Source: Vicugna vicugna (Eukaryota). From it: a DNA stretch of 64,000 nucleotides. A model generated the notes under the pieces. That model was not told the DNA's origin, ran no database searches, and saw only the letters and a program-made list of their open reading frames with translations. Numbering within the stretch: the first letter of the stretch is position 1; every line of letters starts with the position of its first letter. The position numbers and the translations under genes are program-made. The DNA lies in assembly GCA_013265495.1 (NCBI GenBank), contig MU058065.1:6448302-6512301 (forward strand). The letters are read 5' to 3'. Below are positions 13,801 to 23,800 of this stretch, in pieces.

Positions 13801-16800
13801 ATTATTTGACCCAGCAATTCCCCTCCTACGTATACACCCAAGAGAAATGAAAACATATGTCACTCAAAGGCTTTCATGTGAATGTTCAAAGCAGCATCAA
13901 TCATAAAAGCCAAAAAGTAGAAACAACCCAAACATCCATCAACTAGCGAATGGATAAACAAAATGTGATATATCCACACAATGGAAGACTAGTCAGCGAT
14001 AAAAAGGAATGAAGTATTGAGACATGCTACAACATGAATGAACCTCAAAAACATACTAAGAGAAAGGAGCCAGACATAAAGACTGTACATTGTATGATCC
14101 CATTTACATGAAATGTCCAGAAAAGGCAAATCTATGAGACAGAAAGTAGATTAGTGGTCGCCTGGTACTGGGGTGGGAATGATAATTAACTATAAATAAT
14201 TATGAGCAATCTTATTGGGGTGATTAAAATGTTCTAAAACTGAATATTGGTGATGGTTTCACAACTTGGTAAGTTTACTAGAAATCATTTTTTTAACTTA
14301 AAAGAAAAAAAGGGAAAGAGATGCAGGTGACATATTTCAATGAGCCCCCAAGAAGGAAAATCACTGTGTTTCAGAGAAGTAAGGAAAGGCTTTGTGGGAG
14401 AGAACACTAATCATAAATGGCAATTAAGCAAAATGTTATCCCCTAAAAAAGAATCTCATTCTCTCAATAGCATACCTGCATATAAAAATAATGAATACTT
14501 AAATTGTTACATTTGTATTTTTTATTTTATCAATAAAAATTTTGGTGAAACGTGTTTTCTCTCATTATAGAAATACTTACATAATATCCTCTATTTTTTG
14601 CCTCTTGGCCCTCCATGCCTAAAATATTTACCATAGGAACATTTGCTGATCCCTGCTCTAGAATGTTTTTCCCTTCAGAAAGAGAAACCCAAAGTCTGCA
14701 ATTTGTGTTACTATAAAGGTGGTTAGCAAATCTCATTCAATTAAATAGATGCAATGAAAGAGAACTGGAAAGGTACAAACTTTCTCTTTCTCCTCTGTCA
14801 GTCAATGTTTTTTAATACCTTGTCTGTGAAAATCGTCTCCAATCCTACCCACGGATCCTTCTGCCCATTACCTGCCCTCCAGCCTCATGCAGCTGACTCT
14901 GGATCCGCTGGCAGAAGTCAGGATTGCACAACAGGGTTAGAGGGGCCTTCAGCTGGATGGGTGCGGGCTCAGTGGCCTCCAGCAGGTGTTGCCACTCATC
15001 ATCACTGTCTGGCTCCTGAGGTATCAAGGAGTGAAAGAGGTCAGGAGGAGTGTGTCAGGTCCAAGGGGAATAGCTCCCAACCTGGGGTATCCTGAAGTAA
15101 CTGCAAGAAGCCAGTGACTCCTTTGGCATAGATGTATTTTTTTCAGCCACCAGTTTAAAAAGGTATAGCTCGCATTATGTGAGGGGTCTTGAAAAGTCTC
15201 TTGGAGAACACTGCTATGTGTGCATAAAGAGATACCTAGGAAGATGTCTGTTGCATGGTTAATACAATAATAAAAAAAATGGAATAACAAATAATAATAA
15301 AAAATTGGAAATACCATAAAGCCAGTCTGCAATGGAATAATAAATCTTGGCACATCCATATTAGGAAATACCATGAAGTCATTAAAAAGATCGCAATACT
15401 GAGGATGCATCACTTATGTAGTTTCCACCCAAAATGCATAACTTGAATCCAATTATGAGGAAATATCAGTCTGAGAAACATTCAACAAAACAACCAACCT
15501 GTGCATCTCAAAGCTGTCAATCATGAAAGACAAAGAAAGAGTAGGAACTGTTCCAGATTAAAGGAGACTAATGAAGTGTAACAACTAAAGGCAATGTGTT
15601 ATACTGGGCTGGATTGTGGACCACGGAGAAAAATGTTTTTTTATTATAAAGAACATTACTGGAGCAACTGGAAAAATCTGAATGTGGACTATAGACTAAG
15701 TAACAGAATTATATCAGTGTTACATTTCTGACTATAACTATAACATGGCAGTGCGAATGCCTCAGTCACCTTCCTCTTAGCAAATATACACTAAAGTATT
15801 TGGTGATAAAGAAGCAGGTCTGCAACTTATCCTAAAATGATTGAGAAAGATGATGTGTCCATACATAGAGAAAGAAAATCATAAAGCAAATGTGGCAAAA
15901 TTTTAACAAGTGGTAAATCTGGGTGAAAGGGTATATAGAAGTTCTTCATGCAAGTCTCACAATTATTTTTTAAGTCTGAATTCTTCTCAAAATAAAAAGT
16001 TAAAACCCTAAACACAAAAGACTGTAGTAGAACTACATGTTCAGACGTAGAAAGAGCCTTAAAACAGATCATATGGTTAGCATGAGGCAAAACAGTACAT
16101 GTGGGGTGGCTCAGTAATGTAAAAATAGCCCAGCTATATATTCTGTGTGCACATACACATATGTGTAAAAGTATAGAACGTTCAGGAGACAGACACCTCT
16201 GGGGCCGAGATAAGGCTCAAGAGAGACTTTCCTTTCTTGTTTATATATTACGATTTCTGACAAATGAATGTTCAGGTACTATGCATTTAAAATCTATAAG
16301 TTATGGATATATGTATGTATATGCATGACTGGGACATTGTGCTATACACTAGAAATTGACACATTGTAATTGATTGTACTTCAATTAAAAATAAATAAAA
16401 TAAGATAAAATCTGTAAGTTAATAATAAGAAAGCAATTTTCAAACACAAGGGGAGCTCATACTTGGAGGGTTGCAAATCACTGTTATGGAAAACATCTAT
16501 CAAGACCCAACATTCCATGGCAGGGACAAAGCCAAGAGGAGACCCCAGGGCTCACCTCATTTTCCAGATCCACTGCGTCAAGGCTCCGCCGGCCCACCAC
16601 CTCTGGCCTCAGCTCTGGGAGTGCTTGCTCACAGTCCTGGATAATCCAGTTTTCCCTGCCAGAGAACACGAGGAGCAGGATGAGTTCTAGTCCTGGAGGC
16701 TTAGGGTTCATTACCGTGTCCCTCCCTCTAGGCCCAGGATAGGAAAGAAAAATAAGCCATATTGGATTGATTAGAGGAGACTTCCTTCTGGGATATGGCC

Positions 16801-19800
16801 AGGACAGGGTATGTCCACTACACACACATCTCTGACTGCCCTCCCACTTTACCTTCCAAATCTACCTTAGTGGTTTTCACCTGTGACTCTCAGCTCAAAT
16901 AATCTTCCCTTTTGCATGGAGATGATTCTTTCCCTTTCAGTTAATATACAACTGAGGCATAAAGAAAAGAAAGTCCCCATTTCCTGATTAATCAGGAAAG
17001 TATCTGAAATTAGAAGAACCCAGGACTCAGACTCCCAAGGCCCTGTCCATATTTAGGCAGTGGTGAGTGACATGGACCATGTTATATTTGCTTTGGCTAA
17101 AGTCAACAACCTGTAAGACGCCTCACCCTATAAATCTTTGGCTATACCCTCCTTACCGAGGTGCAGGGGGAGCCTCCCCAGCCCCCCACTCAGCCCAGCT
17201 GCTCTTCATTTCTGAGGTCAAGATCCCAGCCAAGAGGCCCGGTTTCTGAGGAGTGGTCTTTGGTCTGGGCAGAGGAGATGTGCCAGAAGCCACCTTGTTG
17301 GTCCCATCCTCTTGCTCAAGGGGAGGTCCTGTGTTCTGCTGTTTCTGTAGGAAATGAGCAGGAGACACCGAGTCAGAACTCTTTGGTTGCCATAAGGCAG
17401 TATGACTCCTTTTTGTGGCCCTTCCCCAATCCTAGAAAGTCACCCTCCTTCTCCAACTCCCCCAGTCACTAGCCTGATTATGTCACACACTGTCCCCTGT
17501 CCCACACACCTTCTGCTTGGCCTCCTCTGCCATGCGTTTACAGGCTTGACGCAAGATGCGAGATCGATTGCCCTTGGGGGCCAGCCGATGTGCCTGTTGG
17601 TCCTTTAGGACTTGAAGTTCTGGGGGAAGGCGACTGGTGAATGGGGTACCCAAATCTGGGCCTCCTGGCTCAGTTAATACTGCAGGGAGAGAAGAGGGGG
17701 AAGACATGATCATACTGGAGCCATGCCACCATTGCCATTTGGCCAGAGACAACTTCAGTGTCTCCAGGCTTCTGTGGAAGGGGACCCTACTGACAAAGTG
17801 ACAAAGAGGGAGGGGGGTTGCAAGGGAAATGGCAAGGGTCATGCAAAGGCCTAGGAAGAAAATTCAAGCTGGTGGCGTAAAGAATACACGTTGGATCCCA
17901 ATATTGGTGTTAACTGGATAGCGTACTAGGGAAGCACAAGAGCCCAGGAACCCTTAGGACTCACTGGTGACACGACCAGCAATAAAGGGGTGATGTAAGA
18001 GGTCTGGCCAGGACAGACGCTGCTGGGGATCCTTGGTGAGCAGTCCCTGCAGGAAGTTCTGTGGAGAGAAAGGACACCCCATCAGCCTGCACTTCTCTAC
18101 AGACTCCTCTAACTCATCAGAACCGGCAAACCAAGACTCCTGAGTCCATTCTTTCAGCAGACTAGCTGGTCTTGATCAAATCCTCTCTAATCCTATCTTA
18201 GGCCTCATTTCCCGGGCCAAAATCATGAACAGATCTCACTGCCTCACTTCCAGGGGAGCCCCAATTCCTGTCCATGGCCCAGGACATTTTAGAACCCCAG
18301 AAGTAAAACCAGAAATCTCAATGTCACCAGTACGTGAAGAAGTAAGAAAAAACTAAGAAAGAGGGATGTCACCTTCACAATCATTTTCAGAAAGCAAACA
18401 TTCATGGGAGTCCCAAACTGCTCACTTTGCCCTCCCTTTGACTGTGGTTTGTTTGCGCTGGGTAGGAACAAATGCATTTATAATTAAAAGCACACTCATA
18501 TGCACAAGTCATTGTGTAAAGACAGGTTTGGGAGCACTCAAAAACAAATCTTTCAGCAAGTCTTCAGATGGTGGAGGGGTAGGGAGACTGTATCTAAAAA
18601 GAGTACATCTGTTATGAGGTATCCTTGGGGACATTCTCAGTTGGGCCTGAAATAGGAATAGAAGGTACTAGTAGATTAATTAGGACCACTGTTCTAAAAC
18701 AAGGTGATTAGCACATCATGGCTCTTGCTGGAGATACCTGCATATCTGCCCTAAGGAAGAAAGAATATCCTTTGTATAGCATCCACTTAAGTTTCTTCTG
18801 TTACATTCTTTTTGATAATTATTTGGGCCTCTCTCAACTAAATAGGTTAGGGAGAAACTTGTCCCTTTTCATCTTGGACAAAGGAAAGCTATAATGAGAT
18901 TTCACTGTGGGAGAAGGTTGCATTTAAATTTTACTGAAGGCCCAAATCTTGCCCTAGAAAAGAAATAAAAAGGGTCTTTTTCCTCCCTTACTCCCTCCTG
19001 CTGAGACTTAGCTGCAATTAGCAGGCACCACCTCAATCCTCTGTCCCCAATCACTGAGCTAGTTTGTATACCTGAAGAGTCCTTCTTTCAGGAAGAGGAC
19101 TGACAGCTGTGTTGGCAAATCTAGAAATCATATGGACACTGCATTAGACAGGAAATGAGTAGACAGAGATACATATGTAAAGGGACCAGTATCTCTCTGG
19201 TGTCTTGAAATTACCTTTCCATTGTGATCAAGATAAGCCTGGCCCAAGGAGGGGCTGTTACTCCCAAGTTTGGCAGACTTTAGAACACCCTTCCAGAACA
19301 TGCCCCTGGAGTAAAAAAGCAAGGCAGCTTGCCCCAGCTCCTGCATTAATTCAGAAACTACAAAGTACAGCCCTAGCTCCGGAAAAAATTGTGAAAAAGG
19401 GAATGGGGCAGAGGAAGACAGGTTTCTGATGCAAAAGTAACCCTTCAATATTCAGTACCTTGAAGCAAGGACTAATGGTGGGGGGCCAGCGCACAGGGTC
19501 CTTGAGAATGAGGCTGATCAGCTGAAAGATGCTTGTGGTATAGAAGGGAGGGGTGCCTACTGCCAACTCATACAGTATGCAGCCCACAGACCAGAGGTCT
19601 GCAGTGTGGTCGTATGGTCGTTCTTCCACCAGCTCTGGAGACATGTAGAGTGGTGTGCCTTTAATGGATGTCAGCACCATCGTGTTGGTACTCATAGCCC
19701 GGGCAAATCTGCATGACATGATGGAGTGGAAATGGAAAGAGAGAAATATTCAATAAAAACTAGACCTGGTTGCTGCTATCATTGTATGAAATACCCCCAA

Positions 19801-22533
19801 CCCAAACAGAGAGAGCACCTTCCAAAAGACCCAGCATAAATTCCAGTCTCCAGCCTAGGTTCTAAAATGAGGCCCAAGGAAGTCAAGCATATGGTCTAAG
19901 ACTCTCTACAGAACTGGAAGTAGAGACGGAAGGTCAAGCTCCTCACCCAAAGTCACAGAGCTTGATGCCACCACCCTTGGCAAGGAGGATGTTCTGAGGC
20001 TTCATGTCTCGGTGGAGGATGCGGTGGGAGTGCAGATAATAGAGGGCAGACACCAACTGGGCAGCAATGGCCTGAACCTAGGGGTCAAACAGTCAGGTAG
20101 GAGGAGGAAAGGAGAGGTCAGAGGAAGGAGCCTGATAATGAGCCCAAGACTCTGCTCTGCTACTATTGCTGATGTGACCTTCTCTTCCTTGTCTTTCTTC
20201 CACAGCTTCACATCATACCTTCTTTAATTCTTGCTCCCCTATTCACTCATCCTTTCACTTGTTCATTCATTTATTCATTCATTCATTCATTCATTCATTC
20301 ATTCATTCAAGGAAAAGGTAATGAGTCTCACTTACTAGCTGCATGACCACAGGCCAACAATCTTGTGCCTGTCAGATTCATCAACTGTCTGTAAGGTGTC
20401 AATAATGATACCACTTACAGGATTATTGTGAGGATTAAATGAGTTAAAGCACGTAAAGTAATGTAATGCTCAGAATGGTGCCTGGCACTTAATAAACATT
20501 CAATATACATTAGCTGTTATTTAATACGACAAAGTCCCTTTTGTAAGAGAAGTAGTCAGGCAAACAAACAAGACAAAACAAATAAGATTATGACTTACAA
20601 ATAATGATGAGTGCTCAGAAGAAAACAGAATGCTGTTACAGGAAGTCCTGAGAAAAGCCTACTTGCTAGAGTACAGAAAAATCTCTAGAATGAGTATGCC
20701 TGAATGTGTTCAACCAAGTCCCAATGCTAACCACTGTGTCTTGGTGGTGAATGCTGCTTTAACCACAGCCCTTATTCCTTCCTGCCTTTCTGGTACCATC
20801 ACATTGGCCCTTCTTCCCTAAAAGTGCCTAATGTTAACAACAACATTTATAATAGCTAACTATATTGAACACTGCATGTTAAGTATTCTTTTAAAAAACA
20901 CTTTACATAAATTAACTCACTAATTCTCACAATAGCCTTATGAGGTAGAAATTATTATTACTTTCACTTTAAAATGAGGACACTGAGCAGAGAGAGGTTA
21001 AAGTAGCTTGTCCAAGAAGATTCAGCTAGAAAGTAGCAGATCCAGCCTTTGTACTCAAAGATTTGGGTTCCAGCATCCACAGACTGTACTGTCACGTCAT
21101 TCTGGTTCTATACACATCTAGACTCATATTTCACTCAGGAGTTTTCAAAATGGACATTCTCAGTGCCCTCAGCTTACCTTACCAGTCCTTAATCTGAGGA
21201 GAGGCCAGGTATGGGAGAAATTTGAGCCAGGAAACATACCTGGTCTTCAGGAAGTTTTCCATCATCTTCTAGGATCTGAAATAGCTCTCCCTCAGCATAG
21301 TCTGTCACCACCACCACCTGCAGGGAGAAGGCAATGGTACTGATTTATGCAGATTTATGCATTTTGAGGCTGGGAAATTCCTGAGACCCTTCTTCTTGGG
21401 GAGAGGTGACCCCAAACTGCAGTGCACCTCTTTGTCAGTCTCGAAGCTGTCAAGCATATGTACAATGTTGGGATGCCGCAGACCCCGCATGATTTCAATC
21501 TCTCGTTGCAGATTCCTCAGCTCCTTCTCTGAGCGTCCCAATTTTGGAATGAACTTCAGGGCCACCACCTGTCAGTGGTAAGATGAAGAGTCAAGGTCTA
21601 ACCACACTACTGAAACATTAGCCTCAGAGCTCCAGAACTCAGACTTTAAACTGTTTGAGCAATTCTCATTATATCTGCTAGTCTCCTACTCCACTTATCC
21701 CCCTGGCACCCAGGCTTTATCCAGGCTTCCCCTACCTCTCGCCCTAGGAGGAAACAGCCTCTGCCAGACAGATACCTTTGGTGGACTCTGGGAGAGGTGT
21801 TCTGATCTGGATAAAGAACTCAAGATTTGTGGGAGAGTATAGCTCAGTGGTAGAGTGCATGCTTAGTATGCATGAGGTTCTAGGTTCAATCCTCAGTACC
21901 TCCATCAAAATAAATAAATAAATAAATACATCGAATTACCTCCCTCTCATGCAAAAAATAAACAAACAAAAGCCAAAAAAAAAAAAAAGAACTCAAGATT
22001 TAAGGGATTTAGGGGAAAGGGAAGGATGGAAAAATGAAGAGGGAAGAATAGAGTTCAAGTCGTTTATGACTTATTGCCTGGTATGATAGAGACCAATAAT
22101 AAAAATAATAATAATTTGTTGTTTACTAGGTGCCAGGCATTGTACTAAGTGATTCAGTGTGACATTACACTTAATTATCAAACCCCATGAATCAGATACT
22201 GTTTTAATTTTCATTCTATAGATGAGGAACCTGAGACATAGAGAGGTTGAGTAATCTGTCCATAGTTCTAAGGTGAGAAAGCGGTGGAGCTGGGATGTGA
22301 ACCCAAGTAATCCAACTTCAGAACGCACACTCCATAAAAAGTATGAGGAGTCAGTGTCTTAGAAATACAGGTCAGTATTCTGGTCCCATTCTCCACTGGA
22401 ATTGAGGGTGTGGAATCCCACCCAAGAAATATCCCTCTTTTTTCACCACCTGAGCACTGTATTTTCTTCGACCCTTGTACACCCTCCCAAAAGAGCCTTC
22501 TCCAATCATCTCCAACACGTGGTACTTTTCCAT
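1864..22533 (-). CDS. STK36: Serine/threonine kinase 36 (Fused homolog), complete, 26 coding exons, 1315 aa
   Basis: Exons in transcript order: 22450-22533, 21428-21568, 21240-21317, 19947-20077, 19459-19708, 17965-18058, 17510-17679, 17157-17344, 16556-16655, 14872-15015, 12083-12262, 11044-11141, 10484-10589, 9108-9258, 8782-8909, 8135-8239, 7683-7781, 7508-7596, 7164-7227, 6860-6970, 5745-5819, 5179-5353, 4767-4914, 4392-4539, 3071-3817, 1864-2007. All introns are GT-AG and the total is 3948 nt (1315 aa + TGA). Starts [16 protein letters not shown]; kinase motifs [25 protein letters not shown]-terminal ARM/HEAT-like repeats. Confidence 0.97.
2520..2720 (+). mobile_element. MIR SINE
   Basis: AGTGGTTAAGA...GGCTCTGG...GTGCCTCAGTTTC core. 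Confidence 0.7.
5061..5084. repeat. (GCA)8 microsatellite in an STK36 intron
   Basis: Read directly from the sequence. Confidence 0.9.
11298..11955 (+). mobile_element. MER102-like hAT DNA transposon fossil in two pieces
   Basis: AAAATCTGGATTT...TTCTCTTAGAAAACTGGAGGATCTGGCAACACTGGGCC resembles the MER102 consensus as I remember it. Confidence 0.55.
13070..14310 (+). mobile_element. Old L1 (L1M-type) fragment: end of ORF2 plus 3' UTR
   Basis: Typical L1 motifs (TTTTCAACAAATGGTGCTG, GACCCAGCAATTCC, GAATGGATAAACAAAATGTG); reading frame disrupted. Confidence 0.85.
15200..16010 (+). mobile_element. Degraded L1M 3' UTR fragments
   Basis: Motifs such as GGAACTGTTCCAGATTAAAGGAGACTAA and AATCTGGGTGAAAGGGTATATAG; A-rich. 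Confidence 0.65.
16304..16406 (+). mobile_element. Severely 5'-truncated L1 (3' UTR end only) with a 15-bp TSD
   Basis: Ends ...GAAATTGACACATTGTAATTGATTGTACTTCAAT plus an A-rich tail; TSD AAAATCT(A/G)TAAGTTA at 16289-16303 and 16407-16421; TT/AAAA endonuclease site. Confidence 0.75.
20262..20309. repeat. (TTCA)n microsatellite
   Basis: Read directly from the sequence; about 12 units, one imperfect. Confidence 0.9.
20850..21090 (-). mobile_element. MIR SINE
   Basis: ATGAGGACACTGAG...AGAGAGGTTAAAGTAGCTTGTCCAAG (reverse MIR core). Confidence 0.7.
21829..21985 (+). mobile_element. tRNA-derived SINE (camelid Vic-1-like) with a perfect 16-bp target-site duplication
   Basis: A box TAGCTCAGTGG, B box GGTTCAATCC, (TAAA)n and poly-A tail; TSD AAAGAACTCAAGATTT at 21813-21828 and 21986-22001. 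Family name from memory. Confidence 0.9.
22110..22335 (-). mobile_element. MIR SINE
   Basis: ATAGATGAGGAACCTGAGACATAGAGAGGTTGAGTAA. Confidence 0.7.
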
Positions 22534-23079
22534 GATAGAGATTTTAGGATCCCTCAGAAGGAAGAAGGTAGAGATGATGGTGAAGGGCTACAGCTCCAGG
22601 GACAGTTCCACACATCTGGGAGGCCTGGTTCGGGCATGGAAGAAAGATTTAATGTTAGCCATCTTGCCTTTTCCTCTTTTTCATAACAATCCAGGACTCA
22701 TAAACAAGGTAGGGTGGAGTGGATGGAGAGATGAGATCCTGGAGCAGAGCGCCTCATGTAGTTCTCCCTCCTTTTCTCCTCCTGCCCCCCAGCCCAACTT
22801 GGTTACCACCCAACTCCGTGTTCCCCGTATCCTTCCACCCAGCCACGCCCATCGGATCACTGCCCACTTCACTCAGCTTCTCCCCTCCACCCCGCCCTCT
22901 CCATCCAGCCTCGCCTACCCGACCCCGCCCACCTCCAACCCAGCCTCGCTCACAGACCCCACCCCTTCCAGCCTCCTCAAAGTTCCTGACATTACCAACA
23001 TCCTCAGCACCCCCGCCCACACGCTCTGCCCTCGCGCTTAGCAGACAGGAGCCCCTCTCTCACCCCCAGTCTAGGAGCT

Positions 23080-23800
23080 CCCAGCTCCTCAGGCCGCGGG
23101 GCGCCAACGCTGGCCTTCAGCCCCGCCCCTTCTAGCTGCCTGCGTACTTTGCCTGACTTACCATTCTTCTCCACCCCAAACTGCGTGTCTCTTTAGACTC
23201 CCATTGTTACCCATTTTACTCTCTAGAACTGGTCGGAGGTCCGGAGGACAAAGGCGTTCAGGCGTGTGGAAGAGACGGTGGATCGCCCATAGACACTTCC
23301 TAGGGCACATCCGAACCGTCCCTTGGCCATCAGGACCGTCTAAGGACCCGGAGTCTGCGGTTGCCTAGAAACGGCCGCTAGCCATCCTCCTGGGCTTAAC
23401 CTACCGCCTCCGACTTCCCCGAGAGTATTTCCGGTTCCGGCTGTGGGCTGCAGAAGACATGGCGGCATCTGCGTCGGCAACTGCAGGGGAAGAGGACTGG
23501 TAACTTTGGGGACCTGGGCTTTGGCTGACCGACTGGATCCGGTCCGGGCTACTAGCAGCTGCAGGGAACTGTCCGTATGGCGGGCGTGTAGGGCGGGACG
23601 AGGGATGAGGGATGGCAGAGACGCTGACATTTCACCCTAAAAGAGTTCTGGACTGGGGAGCGGGTGGGTGGAGGGGCGCTGATCTGACCGAAAGGAGACC
23701 GCATCTGCGCCGGCCTGGCCAGTTCGGGCCACGCCTTATCTAGTTAGATCTCGTCTCCTCCGGCTTTATCGTGTCCCATTCTCTCCTTCTGAGGTAGATT
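23080..23800. promoter_or_regulatory. CpG-island bidirectional promoter shared by STK36 and RNF25
   Basis: CpG-rich. The RNF25 ATG (23459) is under 300 bp from the STK36 exon-1 donor. Tandem TTCCGG ETS-type cores at ~23429-23440, a GC box at ~23120, an X-box-like site at 23360-23372 and a YY1-like CATGGCGGC over the RNF25 start codon. Confidence 0.85.
23162..23400 (-). other. STK36: Probable non-coding first exon of STK36 (5' limit approximate)
   Basis: Strong minus-strand donor ATG|GTAAGT at 23162/23161 inside the CpG island. A candidate acceptor for the next exon (CAG|) lies at 22624, with a CTAAC branch motif upstream. Confidence 0.5.

Noticed and set aside
21829..21903. tRNA gene
   Set aside because: It has A and B boxes, but also an A-rich tail and a perfect TSD, so it is a tRNA-derived SINE. 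The same applies to 43156-43307.
22475..23135. Pro/Ser-rich ORFs of 188 and 138 aa
   Set aside because: Produced by the C-rich skewed intron sequence.
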